A stretch of 63,879 nt of DNA, the filler included, from Olpidium bornovanus S191 (lineage: Eukaryota > Fungi > Olpidiomycota), in the NCBI GenBank assembly GCA_017911155.1. It is 29 parts of 29 records of this genome, joined end to end, with 100 filler letters (N's around TTAATTAATTAA, not from the genome) between each part and the next. Parts side by side here need not be neighbours in the genome. Positions count along the whole stretch, not along the records: positions 1 to 2,857 come from JAEFCI010008412.1; positions 2,958 to 5,332 come from JAEFCI010004005.1; positions 5,433 to 7,669 come from JAEFCI010002206.1; positions 7,770 to 9,053 come from JAEFCI010008418.1; positions 9,154 to 12,088 come from JAEFCI010005624.1; positions 12,189 to 15,886 come from JAEFCI010011490.1; 23 more parts are not named here. The stretch is one strand, 5' to 3'. This document shows, one piece after another, positions 1 through 12,632 of this stretch. The notes under the pieces are model-generated. The model saw nothing but the letters and a program-made list of their open reading frames with translations, searched no databases and was not told the origin of the DNA. Within the stretch, counting starts at the first letter, position 1. Every line of letters begins with the position of its first letter. The position numbers and the translations under genes are program-made.

Positions 1-206
1 CCCGACGGTTGTTCCGCCGGCCGTCCGATTTGTCACCACAGCGTTGCTACCAGACGTGATACCACCGGGACGGGGTTTCTCCGTTGTTCGTTGCTTCGTA
101 GTGTTCTTTGACGTATTCTAAGGTGTTGAAGGGAAAAAAAGGAGTTCTGTGCATGCGTGGAAGGCATAAGTTATCGATAGAACTATATAATAAATAAAAT
201 CACCAA

Positions 207-2456
207 CTATTTCATCAATGTTCTAATCGATTGCGCCCCGGACATCGTGCCGTTGTTTGGAGCCGCGTCGAGGTGCAGCAAGCGGCATAAAAGACCGTAT
301 ACCTCCGTGTTATCGAAAGGTGCCACAAAGTTGACCTCGCCGGCCGGCTTGCGTCTCACCGGCTTAAAAGCCGGACCGCGCGCGACGAATGACGCCCGCA
401 TCTTCGGGTCCCGATTGTCCCAACCGTGCAGGCCCCGAAGCGGGTAAGGCCGGTCAGGCGGGAAAGTCTTGCGGTCGACGACGACAACGTGGCCCTGGGT
501 TGCAGGAGAGGACGGCAAATTGGCGAGGCGGGTAATCTGAGGAGGATCTGTGAGGAAAACCGATAAAAAGGCACGCTTACCACGTCTGGCACGACAACAA
601 TAGGGGCTATTCGCCGATTTTTCGAATAGTGAAACCGCTCAGGGACGTCTTCTCTGTAATAAACTTCGAAGTGCTTAATCTTGTTTCCGTCTGTCCTCGA
701 GAGGTTTCGGTAGACGTTGGCCATCGCTGGAAAAAACGCACCACGACAAGATTGCGCAAGGAGAGCGGGCAGATGGGCCGTACGCAGCCGTACGGCCGCC
801 CGGTCTAGATAAGCTGGTCAGCCTCCCCAAGTTAGCTGCACCTAAGAACCCCATTGACGCACCCGAATCGTCAGTCAACCACAACCCTCCAAGAGGAAAT
901 CCGTCCAACTCCCGGATTAATTGGACATCAATCCAATCCTCCAGGTGAACGAGGTCGTCGGCGCTGGTGGTGGTCATTCCATGGTCGCTCAGAATAACCA
1001 AATTTACGATGTGTTGTAGGTTCCGACTGTCAAGCGCCTGAACTAGACGACCCAACGCGACATCCACCTCTCGCATTGCCTCGTCGACCTCGGTAGAGTT
1101 GGGCCCGTAGTCATGCCCAGCTTGATCAACATTAGGGATGTATACCGCAATTAGATTAGGCCGCTTGGATATATCCGGCTCGTCAATCCACCGTAGGACT
1201 TGTGCGACCTTCTCATTCGACGTGACTGACGGGTTGTATGGAATTTCGAAAGTCGGACGCGTGCCGCGGATGACCGCCGAAGAACCCGGCCACATGCAAA
1301 CGGCGGAGCGTAGGCCCTGGAGGACAGCCGTCACCCAGATCTTACGTTTCGGGGGAAGATCGTAATTATTTTTGGAAGGGGCGAGAGCGGTGACGGGAAG
1401 AGGAAGATTCAGGGTGATTCGGCAACTTCTTCACAACCCGGCCTTCGGACAACGCCGCGACTTTCCATCGGCCGGCAAACCATTACCGGCTCTCCGCCCC
1501 ACCACTTCGAGTCCCAGCTGCGATTTGGGTCGCTGTAATAGAACGAGTCGTTCAACACGGGATCCCAGAAACTGTTGCCGACAATCCCATGGCTTTCGGG
1601 GTGCAAGCCTGTTACGATGGTGTAGTGGTTCGGGAATGTGGTCGACTGCAAAGTGCGAAAAAACCACGCTTCAACAAAGCCGGAAGGTGCGGCACAGGAG
1701 ATCAGAAGCCAAAACCTCAAAAATAACTGCTTACTGGGAAAGCTGGAGTCATGTACGTCGCCCGAACGCCCTCGGAGGCTACACTCCGCGAGACAAATCA
1801 GTAGTTAAATATCCAGTGACAAAATCCCACTAACAACTTTCCGCTTGACCTACCAAGGCCGTTGATGACAGGAGAAATCCCCCTGTCCAGATAATCAGCC
1901 CGCATGCCGTCGACGGAGACCACCTGGTGTAAAGGATAATCAACCGTGCCACGTGAGCTGCGCCCTCTTAGCACCCGGGCCAAGTATACTGCATACCCCA
2001 CGTACGATAGTCGTCGGCCCAAAAGTGTGCGTCCCGTTGCTCGCGATCGGATAACGATTAACCCTCTTCCCCTTCGCCAAGACTGCTACCGCCAACGCGA
2101 TGAAAGTAAACGTTACCAGCGCCCCCACCACCAGAAGATACCGGATAAGGAGAGAACGCTGAGCGATCACATAACAGGATGCACCGTTAGTCGGAGGCCG
2201 AGAAAGCTTGAGGACTCCCAAACGGCCTTCTGACGTTACTCCAACTGGCGCTGTCCCTGACCTGCCGTTTCCAGTCAGCGCCTCTGCCGCCTCCGCCGTC
2301 CCTTTCTCGGTCTTCGGACAGCAGCAAGGTTACAGCGTTCTCGGAATCATCCGCGCCGTCGGTAAAACAGCTGTCCAACGACTGGCACCGGCCTTCGCCC
2401 GCGACATAAGGGACTCCCGCGTGCTGGTCGGCCCTGTGGCGATCGCCTAAAAGCAT
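207..2456 (-). CDS. Ectonucleotide pyrophosphatase/phosphodiesterase (ENPP/Npp1-like), multi-exon, type II membrane anchor; start codon uncertain
   Basis: Exon translations include a TM segment (YLLVVGALVTFTFIALAVAVLA), SVDGMRADYL, STTFPNHYTIVTGLHPESHGIVGN, VDQAGHDYGP, VILSDHGM and GLHGWDN...MRASFVARGPAF; GT-AG introns separate them. Confidence 0.92.
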
Positions 2457-2857
2457 CGCGGCTGGGGGATTCCAGCGAAGACGAGCGCGCGACGAAGCAA
2501 GAGTTGTCTTCGTGTATCGTTTGCCGCGGCGGCTCGTCCGCGATCTGTGTGCACTTTCAATTGTAGCAAGTATTTTATTCGAGGCACGACATGCGGGGGC
2601 CGCAGGCAAGGACGGGGCAAAGCAGCAGCAGCGGCCACCTGCTCTGTATGTTAGGAACAGCGGAAAGGTTATTCTTGCGCCGAAAGGCACGAGCCGACTC
2701 ATCTACAGGAGTCTATGCTTTTTTAAGACACGTGAGCATGCGGTGGGCACCCGATTGTAAAAAGACATACCAACGATTGGCTTCCTGTGAGGATTGTGCA
2801 GCCTTACACGAAGGAGCAAGCCGACTTCCCGGCGGACCCGAACGGGACATTGCTAGG

Positions 2858-2957
2858 NNNNNNNNNNNNNNNNNNNNNNNNNNNNNNNNNNNNNNNNNNN
2901 NTTAATTAATTAANNNNNNNNNNNNNNNNNNNNNNNNNNNNNNNNNNNNNNNNNNNN
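2858..2957. other. Artificial scaffold linker (N-run + TTAATTAATTAA + N-run); first of 28 such linkers
   Basis: The same 12-mer, with stops in all six frames, is embedded in N runs at every contig join (e.g. 2858-2957, 5332-5432, 62024-62123). Confidence 0.98.
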
Positions 2958-3516
2958 CATGATCGTCGACGGGCTTCTTGGGAGCCAATACGCGCTCAAG
3001 GACGTTGCCGACCCAGAGGACCGGGCAGCAATCAAACGTCTGATAATGTGGGCGAACGCGAACAAGGCCCCCGTTATTAGCTTGGACCTGCCGAGCGGGG
3101 CAAAGCGAACATCCGGTACGACCTGGTTCTCTTTTTATGCGGCGTCCTGCACACCAGGGCGACGGAATTTCGGGGGGTGGTGGGGGGGCGGGGGACATTG
3201 AGCGCTAGAACGGGTGCATCGTCACCGTTGTTAAAACGACGATCCCACCTCACGCGCGATTTTTTGTTTTGGGTAACTCGCAGGGTCGTCGGTCCCGCGC
3301 GCCAACCCCGCGGCCGCTCCGTGCATCGAGCCGAAGATTACCGTTTGCCTGGGCGCGCCAAAGGCCGGGCTGACGGACCGCAACGCCACCGGCGAGGTGT
3401 ACCTCGCCGACGTGGGAATCCCGTGCTGCGTTTGGAAGCAGGTCGGCGTGCGGAACTGGTCGCCCGCGGTGTTCGGGAGCGAGTACGTGGTCGGGCTGGA
3501 GTATTACAGCCCGTGA
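2958..3516 (+). CDS. EDC3: Enhancer of mRNA decapping 3 (YjeF_N domain), 3' part, two exons
   Basis: IVDGLLG...LIMWANANKAPVISLDLPSG, an intron, then EPKITVCLGAPKAGL...VYLADVGIP...VFGSEYVVGLEY*. Confidence 0.8.
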
Positions 3517-5541
3517 CTACCGGGGGGCCCGGGGGGGCGAAGGGGGAAGTAAAGGCGGTCCGGGAAAAGTCTGCGACGTTTGCCTGGGTCCGGCAGAAGC
3601 TCCTGTTGTTGGCGTCGCCGTCGTCGTCGTGCGCGCCACCCTTTCTGTTTTTTTTTGCACCACGCCTTCCCGCCAGAGCCGCATCCGTGAGCACGCACGC
3701 ACATCGACACAAGCACACACATACTCACACGCACGCGATGTCAAACACAGCGTGGGCTGGCCGGTGGGAAAAATTTTAACGGGAAAAAAAAAAAAAAAAA
3801 AAAAGCGGGGACGGGCGCCGTCCGTTTCACGATATCTTTCGCCGTCCGACCCGTTCTTGGGTTTCTGAAACGAGGGAGTGGGGGGGGGGTGGCGAAGGAG
3901 TTGGGCGTAGGAAAGTTTTCGGGAGGGCGCAAAAAGAGAGGGGAAGAAAAGGTAGAAGGGAGCTCTCTGCGTTCGAGTCCTTACAAAACCAGCGACAACA
4001 ATAACAAAACTTACATATAAACTTTCCGCGGACCACAACGTCGTAGCCGACGCGTTCGTATCCTGTCCGTAATCCACTCGGGAAGTCACCTGCAGGCCCT
4101 GCGGGACTCCTGGACTTCCTTTTCCCGCGCTCTGAGGCATCCTTCCGTTCCTGGCGTTTCCTTTCTTCGGCGGCGCCGTCTTTCTGTCGCCCCGCGCTTT
4201 GCCGAGTGCCGCGGTGCCAACTGCCTCGGCCCAGGTAATATATCGAACGTGCAAACGGCACGTACCGTTTACCAACCTGACAAGACAAATGATTCTTCCG
4301 ACGCGTTCCAAGCGCCGCAAGGTCTGCGGACACCTCTATGGTTTAGGTGGATCACAAAAAAAAAAGAAAAAAAGGAAAAAAGGACTCTGACGCCTTTATT
4401 CTGATTTTTGATTTGTTTATTTTTTCAGAGGCCCCGTTTTTCTCGCACGCAGCCCTAGTGCTTCGGAAGGGGGTGTCCCTTTTCTGGTGTGCGCCCTCGA
4501 ACTTCAACGGGAGGGTTCCAACAATCTGCCGTGCCGCCCCACCTGAATGAGACAGAAACGCAATTCTCACGCGCCCGACACGTTTGTTTGCGCCAGGTAA
4601 GGTAGACAACCCAGCCCTGCTGCGCCGGGTAATCATGGTTTTGCTCTGAGTTGCTGAGCAAGTCTAGGGTCGCGGGATAGCATGATTCGGGCCCTGCAGG
4701 GTATAATTGGGGCCGCGGACAGCATAATGTTTGACACGAGTAGCACGTGACTCGATAATATCACGTGCACTCGGCGTACTCGACCGTGCCGAGTTGCCTC
4801 GCCGAACAACCCGTTCAGATTCACATGCCCACCTCGTCAACGTTACGGGGTGCCTTGTCGCACCGCCTCAATTTTTCCGAAGTTTGAAGTCCGCATTCCG
4901 AAAAACTTTCGGAACACAAAATTTTCGTGAGAGTCATCCGCGGTACGTGGACCGTGTTAGCGTCGTCACGTTGCGGGAGAATCTCTGCGCCTACAGACGG
5001 AACAGGGCCTTTTTGACCATAGTGCGGCAGACGTGACTGGCGGCTGCACGCAGACAAGAACCGAGGAATGAATTAAGCGTAAATCGAAGGAACCAAGGGT
5101 TGGTGGGTGGGGGGGGGGGTCCTTGGACGAGCTGAAACACCAGTGAAGTGCAGCCGCATTCTTTCAACAAAAAAATCGTCTAGTTTCGGCAATATAACAA
5201 GGTTTGATGACGGAAATATCAAGTGCAAGCCGGCGAAGGGCGATTGCATCGTGCGCGAGTACGAGATAAACGAGCGGGCAGTGGTGCAGGAATCCAACGC
5301 GTTCAAGCAGAGAGAACATTTGGGGTTACATGNNNNNNNNNNNNNNNNNNNNNNNNNNNNNNNNNNNNNNNNNNNNTTAATTAATTAANNNNNNNNNNNN
5401 NNNNNNNNNNNNNNNNNNNNNNNNNNNNNNNNACGCGCCGACGGACGGATGGAAACGCAAGAGAGAAGGGGGAGTCATTTGGGAGTCGAAGCGGAAATAG
5501 ACGAATCAAAAAAGAGCAAAAAAACGAGACAGGGCACCCAC

Positions 5542-6914
5542 GTCCCGTCATGCTTTCCGAGCGGCTCGTCGTACTCGACTCCTACCCAGAAGCCGGGCTT
5601 GAAACGCGTCTTTCCTGGTAACATGAGAAGCCGGCCGGGAGGGAAAGTTTCGCGAGTAAGGCAAAAAAAAAGAACGGCGCACATGCGACACGAAGAAGGA
5701 TGATGGAGGGATGGGGAGTAGGGGGAGCGGGGGGTTCAAAATGGGCAAACCGGTCGTGTGAGGGGGGGTCGGAAATGGTTTCAAGGATGCATAACATTTA
5801 ACAGGTCGAGCGACCGAAAGTTTCTACGATACCGATATACCGGACGACGCCTCTCCGCTTCAGTCTGTCGACCTCCGCCTCGAACCGGGACCCGATGGAC
5901 ACGCCGACTGGCGGTTCGGCATAGGCGGTTTTCTGCGGGCTGTCGGCCGTGGAATTCGATTCGGCGAAGCGGCCGATCTTGTTTCGGATCTTGAAAGCGC
6001 GGACCGAATCTGTGGAAGAGGCCAGCGAGAGCGGTCACCCGCGGCGTCCGAGGGGGAGGGGAAGAAAACCACGTAATATCACGTCAGAGAAACCGGGAGA
6101 AATCCCCTCCCCTTCCCCTCGTAACATAAAAACAACTTCGAAACTATATATATATCTATATATAGATAATGAACGTTATCACCGCGTTCACCTGTTCGTT
6201 TATCATACTCGTCGTCGGCCAACTCGTACTTTTCCACGCCGGAAAGGTCGGAGAACTCGTTTCTCATGCCGCAGCCCGTGTGGCTGACCTTTGAGGAGGA
6301 CGACGACGACCCATCGCAGGGCGCAATCCCCCCGCGCGCATTTTTTTTTTTTTTTTTTTTTTTTTTGTTTAAAAAAATAAAAGCGCTTTGGTCTTCACAA
6401 CACCATTCACACGGGGACGGCAACCCAACCCAAGGAAAAAAATGGCCTGCTCGCCCTCCTCTCCCCAACTCCACTGCCCAGCCTCTTTTCCGCCACCCAC
6501 GTGTATCCGCGCGAAGTTCTCGACCGGGAACGCGCCCAGCCGGGTCGAGTCCTCGGACTCGGCCTCGAGGGCCCCGACGAGCTTGTCGCCGTTGTACAGT
6601 GACAGCTGCTGGGCCGCCGCCGGCACGCCCGTAATGGGTTCCAGCCGCGCCTTTTTTTTTTTAAAAAAAAAAAAAATTTTTCGCCGGAAGACGATTTTTT
6701 TTATTTCGACGAAGGACAACGGAAGAATAACTAGTTTGAGAGACGCCGCGCGCGCGCGCGCGTACACGCGTCCTCCGCGCCGAAATGATGCCGTTTTGCT
6801 GGTCGCGCCGCCTGTTCGCCTGTTCACCTTGAGCGCAGACAGAGTCAGCGCCTTGTCGAAACGGCGCTCCGAAGACGAGCCGTCGCTCGTGACGAAGACT
6901 GTGACTACCGACAT
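5542..6914 (-). CDS. ALF1: Tubulin-folding cofactor B (UBL + CAP-Gly), multi-exon, 3' end lost at contig edge
   Basis: [50 protein letters not shown]|[15 protein letters not shown] and [16 protein letters not shown]. Confidence 0.93.
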
Positions 6915-8671
6915 TGCCTCCGGATGCTCCCTCCCTCCCGCCGCCCTCCCCCTCCCCCCTCGCCTTCTATGTCCCGGTTTTCCCGCTGGTCGGCAGGACG
7001 GGAGCGGCGTTTTTTTGAAGGGGTTTTCTTTTTGTTCTCGAGCGGCCCTTGTCTGCCGGGTGGCGGTGGTCGGCGCGGGCCCGTGAAATCAATTAATTAC
7101 GCCGAGGAAACGCAAACCCGCGGCGATGTGGCGTTGAACACGACACGCAGTCAACGGCCCCAAATTGTCCGGCCGGAAATCTGGCCGTAACAGCAAATGG
7201 CTGTTATCCGCGCATACTCGGAATATACGGGAAAGCCTAGGGCGTCGCCTGTAAAAGTTTCAGATTTGCTGTACGCATCAGAAACGCGGAAGATGCACGC
7301 GACAGTAATATTCCGGAGTCTCAGCCGACCAGCTTTCCTATGGAACGAGGCATAAATGGCTGCTTATCAACATTATCCTCGTTGATCTTTTTGCCTGCGC
7401 GGAATGTGCTTGAGCGCACGAAACTCCCGGTTGGCCCTCTGCGCGAGCCTGCGCAGCTCCCTTCTGCATCAGTCCCGCAAGGAGCACCCCATTTGCTTCT
7501 CAGAGCGGACAAGGAGTTATTGGGGTGGTATGCGGATTATTGTGTCTTACAGGAGAGGGCTGGTCACACGACGACCAGAGGCTTGCTAAATGTTCAGACA
7601 CCAACACCTCCACCTCGCCTGAAGAAAGCTAATTTGAAGGCGAAAGCAAAAAGGACAAGGACAACCATGNNNNNNNNNNNNNNNNNNNNNNNNNNNNNNN
7701 NNNNNNNNNNNNNTTAATTAATTAANNNNNNNNNNNNNNNNNNNNNNNNNNNNNNNNNNNNNNNNNNNNCGATCCTTATCGCGCGAACGTTTCACCATAG
7801 ACCCACAAGACATCCTCAACGAAAGAAGAACAAGTACCATTTTAACCTCCTGATACATATTCCCCAAAAGGACAACGCAAATCTCCATGTTTCTCACGTT
7901 AAAAGCATTTCCGTTAACGTGCAGGCATGCGTTAACATTTATCTGCTTGATCCACGCGACCGTTCTGCGCGCAATCTCGGTTCTACCCCGTGGCGCGCGG
8001 ACGGTTTGTGAGGACGGGAGGGAAAAAGGTCCGGTGTGCGCAGGGCGTCATCAAGCCACCAGGGCGTTCGAGCGCACGAGCTCTGCGCAGCAGTTGGACC
8101 GCGTCGGCAAAAGCTGGGCAACAGCGCGCAGCGCCGGCACCAACGCGCCGGAGCTCGGGATTCCGCGGGAAAGAGGACCGCAAAAAGCGGGTGGGAGCGG
8201 TGTTTTACTGTTGAGACGATGACGTGACCGCGGAGTTCGCGACGGATGCTGCCCCAGGAAGCGGGTTCTGGCCGGCCACTTCCAAACTCCTGGAGCAGGT
8301 TGGTTAGAATGACGCGCTCATGATCCTTTTAGCCGTTGGCTGGTCACGGTTGATCGTGTCGGGGGTGAGTGGTGCTCTGACGTTCCAGAGGCGTTGCAAC
8401 ACAGGCAGAGTTCTGACACATGCGGCGATCGAAACAAGCACGCGTGCGGTTGGTTACGCGCCGGTCCTTAGTTGCCAGCGCGACGACGCCCCACCCCGCG
8501 GGGCGCGTCGCCCTTCCTCGACACTCTCGCTGTTCCGGGGGAACCGCCACATTTTGCTGTCTTCCCTTTCCTCCAACTACGAAGAGCACCCCCTCTTCCC
8601 CCCCCCCCCCCCTTCCCCCCACACTCACGCCCCTCGGCGAGTAGGCGGGGTTCCTCGTTGCGCCGGGCGAA

Positions 8672-8957
8672 ATGACGACGCGGGCGGTCCTACTGCCGCT
8701 TGCGCACTGCGCCGCCATGACGGCCGTTGCGACGGCCGTCACCGGCGCGGCTTCTGCGTGGGCCGCCGGACCCTGGCGCGGGGAAGGACCCTCCATTCAA
8801 CGCTGCCAGCCTGCCGTTCCGCCGGGCGAAGAGGGGCCGGCGGAGGAGGGAAACGGCGGCGGGCAGGCGCACGTGATCACCTTGGCCGAGGCCTTGCTGT
8901 TCGCCGCCGTCGCCGGGGCGGGTCTGCTGGCCATGTGGTACTTCCCGAACGCATTCG
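8672..8957 (+). CDS. First exon of a membrane protein, possibly signal-peptide-peptidase (A22B) family
   Basis: Two hydrophobic segments (AVLLPLAHCAAMTAVATAVTGAASAW; HVITLAEALLFAAVAGAGLLAMWYF) followed by a GTGAGC donor; the spacing recalls SPP/SPPL3 N-termini. No catalytic motifs are visible. Confidence 0.3.
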
Positions 8958-9153
8958 GTGAGCCCGGGTGCGGGGAGGGTTGGGGGAAGCGGGCGTTCTG
9001 CGTGTGCCCCTTCCACTCCCTCCCGCTTTCCTCCCCCCCCCCCCCCCCGCCCCNNNNNNNNNNNNNNNNNNNNNNNNNNNNNNNNNNNNNNNNNNNNTTA
9101 ATTAATTAANNNNNNNNNNNNNNNNNNNNNNNNNNNNNNNNNNNNNNNNNNNN

Positions 9154-10959
9154 CAACCTACGTGACGCCGCTAGCTTCTCACTTTGGCGCAACGCGGCCG
9201 ACGCCTCGCTGATGGCCATCGGCGGCACTTTACCCGCAATGCCGCCGGCTGAAAGCGGGCTCGGAAAAAGCATGGGAGCAGTAGAGGAGTTGTCGGGGGG
9301 TCTGACGGAAGGCACAAACTTCGGCGGCGGCGGGAGGGACCGAACGTTGTAATGCGGGGTTTTCCCCTGCACTTGCGCGTTGTCACCGACAAACTTCCGA
9401 GTCGGGCTGTTTAGCCCTAATGTTGACGTGTGCCCGAAAAGCGGTTGATCTAGCCGGGTGGCAGACTGCGCCGCCGAAGGTCTCACCGGGGATTCAGCCC
9501 ATTGCACCCGCAAACTGGACCTGCCTTTCGGCGTCGAGCTGATTGCTGAAGAACCCGCGGCGGACGGCGTGAACACGCCTCCAAAGACGTCGTTGGCCAC
9601 GTTCGCGGCTGATCCAGGCACGTGACGGACAGTCGTCGGCGTCACCGGGAAAGCTGCTTCATCAGATTTTCGGACTCGGAGACCGAAGGCGCCTCTAGCC
9701 GACGGGGTGCCTGGAGTCTCAGGCGTGGGCGGCGACGCCGAATCCGCGCCGTCCGAACATCCTACGGACAGTGAACCAAACTGGGCTTCCGTGGTTTCCC
9801 CAGGAATACCACGGGCTCCCGAGCAAGCGAACCGTGCCGGCGTCGGACTGTCGGCCTGCTGGCTGCTGTTTTTCTGCTTCTTTCCTGTACTCCAGTATGC
9901 GGATGACACGGACGAGCGAGTCGGAGTGTCGAATAAACTCGGCGCCGTGAACGACGCCGTGTCTCCCAGCTGGTGATTGTGATGGTTGTGGGAGCCGGCG
10001 GTTCCATCAGCGCCCGAGGGCGCGCTGAGTGACACCAGCGTTGCGTGGCTCCTCTTGCATGGAGTGTCTGGAACGTGCCGCCGGATTTGTCCCGCCGGGT
10101 CAGGACGCGGCCTGTTCTTTTTGGACAACAGGCCCGTGGAGAGGAACGCGGCCGGCTCCGGCTTGACAAGTCGAGAACTCTGCGGCGTGAAATAGCTCCG
10201 CCGCGGCGAATTGAATGACGATGCGGTCGCTGCCCGTGCAGCCGCCTTGGTTGCTGTCCTGCCGGCCGCGTGCCGCGCGCCCCCAGCCCCGGTCTTCTTC
10301 TTCGCCGGCGGCACGGCTGGTATCCTAAAGCTGCCCGTAGAAGATGCCGCCGGCAGCCGTTCATCCTCCGCGCACACCGCCGGCACCGCCCCCTGCTTCA
10401 CTGGCGTCGTGGTGAGCTTCCCAAAGGATTGGTTCATCGTGGCTACGTTGTCCGGAACGTGCGTGCCGCGTGGGGAGACTTCTCTGCCGCCGTCGCCCGC
10501 CTTCCCGTTCGACGCGCCACTGCCGTGGAGCGGAGGGAGGGTCGGCCGCCCAGAGGGCAACATGGAGTTGAGCTTGCGCGACGCGATGGGCTTCATGAAA
10601 CCCGCCGACGGCAAAGGGAGTTTCGCGCCCGTGCCGCAGCTGCCGCCGCCGCCGCCGGCGGAAAAGCCCATGCCGAGGCTACGCGCGGGCGTCGACGACG
10701 AGTCCAAGCCGGGGTGCGCCGCGTCAACCGGGCTCTGCTGTCGCTCCTTCCCGGCGACGACCCCGCGAACAGGTGCCGGCGGCGGAGTTCCCGTTGGCGC
10801 TCCAAGCATCTTCGGCTGATTTCCTGAAAGCCGCTTGCGACGGCCACGCGGGCGCCAGCGGTATCGCGGCCGCAAGCGCAAGACGGGCGGGCGGGCGCAC
10901 GGCAGGATCTCAGCGTCTCGTTCTGGCGGCTCCGCTTTCCGCCGCTTATCTCGCTTGCC

Positions 10960-10993
<34 letters not shown>

Positions 10994-11213
10994 GTTTTTC
11001 ACGCACTCACCTTCGCGGGCGCGCGGGGGACCGCCCCCTCTCCTTCGGCCTGCTCCCTGTTTCTCGGCGTCCTGGGCGGGAAGGGCGCGGGGGTGTCCGT
11101 GTCTGCTGGTGCTGGACTTCTTTCCTTTTCTGCTGCTGCGCAGAGATCAGGGCGGCCTGCTTCCTCGACTCGTTCGTGTGCGGGGGAGTTCCCGTTATTA
11201 TTTTTTTTTTCCC

Positions 11214-11290
<77 letters not shown>

Positions 11291-11409
11291 GGGGGGGGGG
11301 GGGGGGGGGGAAAGGAGTTGGGCGGCGGGGGCGGGGAAGAATCGGCCTTTTGATCGAATGGCAACCGTCTGGAACGAACGAGATTAGGCGGGGTTTCAAA
11401 GCTCGGCAT
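9154..11409 (-). CDS. WEE1: Wee1/Swe1-family kinase, N-terminal regulatory region (kinase domain is off-contig)
   Basis: A long S/P/T-rich exon (about 9154-10828) carries LVKPEPAAFLSTGLLSKKNR...PDTPCKR, a motif I recall from fungal Wee1 N-termini. The upstream exon limit is uncertain. Confidence 0.7.
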
Positions 11410-12330
11410 TGCACTTCACCCGGGCGAGGACGTTTGCCTCCTGTCGGAAACACACCAGATCAACGGAACCTCTCTCGGCAAAATAGAAGGACGAAGGACG
11501 AGTTCATGAACGACGGGGCGGCCTCGAGGCGCTGGCATTTTTATCTTCCACAGTTGTTGCCAACAGAACGGGACGCCAACGAGCCACCGCCCGTCACGCC
11601 CAAATCTATGTGTTGCAAAGGACCGCGGGGTCGAGATTTACACAAAACCCCAAATTCAAAGGAGGGCCCAAATACGACGATATCCTTTCAACCGTCGGAA
11701 CAATCAAAAATCTGCGACAGACTGGAGCGCCCCGCGAACCTGTTTCTGGAGATGCTGGGGTCACGTGATGGAGGGGAGGGCGTTGTGGGTGCTGCGCACG
11801 TGATCCGGACCCTATCGAAGACACAAACAACCAAAGCAAAAAAGAAGCTTTCGATTCGGTCCCCGTTTCCATCGTCATCGGCATCCTTCGTTGCTCTTCT
11901 GCGCGTAACAATCTATCCAAATATACCCTAACTGTGCATCTAACTCAAGCGGCAGACGTTAAATAATATTAGTACCTGATCATTTATTCCAACTGGAATC
12001 ACCTTTCAACTTTTTTGAAATGTCAGTGTCTGGTGGGTCCAACTTGTCAACAAAGCTATGTTTAAACGGAAAATGCAGCGCGGACATGNNNNNNNNNNNN
12101 NNNNNNNNNNNNNNNNNNNNNNNNNNNNNNNNTTAATTAATTAANNNNNNNNNNNNNNNNNNNNNNNNNNNNNNNNNNNNNNNNNNNNCATGACGTCACG
12201 TGACAAAACCCCTGTCTACAGAGAGGTTTTGGCGGTTCGCAGGGGAAGGCGTTGACGGTTCAGCCGTGACATCTTCCCACGAATCGCCGTCGCAGCGCGG
12301 GAGGAGAGGGGTCCGACGGCGCAGATTCCC

Positions 12331-12364
<34 letters not shown>

Positions 12365-12632
12365 GGGGGGGTTTTTTTTTCCACCGTTAAGCCAGCGCTG
12401 GTACAAAGAAGACCACCGGTTGCGGGGAAATTTTTTTTCCAAAAAAAAAAAAAAAAAAAAAAAAAAAAAGCCAGAGCGCCGCCAGCAGCGACAGCTCCCC
12501 CGCCCCGCCCCGGTTTTTTTCAAAGCCGCCGACCGGAGCCAGAAGGACCGGTCACCTCGAAATCCTGGCCACGGCGGAAACGGAGAGACGGTCTGGCGCA
12601 CCCCTCCGCGTCGACCCTGCTGATCGACGGAT

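Noticed and set aside
3499-3507. GAGTATTAC, a CRESS-origin-like nonanucleotide
   Set aside because: It lies inside the EDC3 coding exon on a different contig, with no stem-loop.
3738-5331. Possible multi-exon gene downstream of EDC3
   Set aside because: Splice-like signals are present, but I could not assemble a consistent frame or recognise a domain.
10211-10827. Long Arg/Ala/Gly-rich ORFs overlapping real genes (also 14851-15676, 32114-32749, 34619-35220)
   Set aside because: They are antisense or off-frame shadows of GC-rich coding exons.
11215-11310. Very long poly-T/G/A/C runs here and at many other sites (e.g. 35756-35810, 50870-51020, 57940-58055)
   Set aside because: These are low-complexity tracts whose lengths are probably inflated by sequencing or assembly. 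The poly-Lys, -Phe, -Pro and -Gly ORFs across them are not credible proteins.
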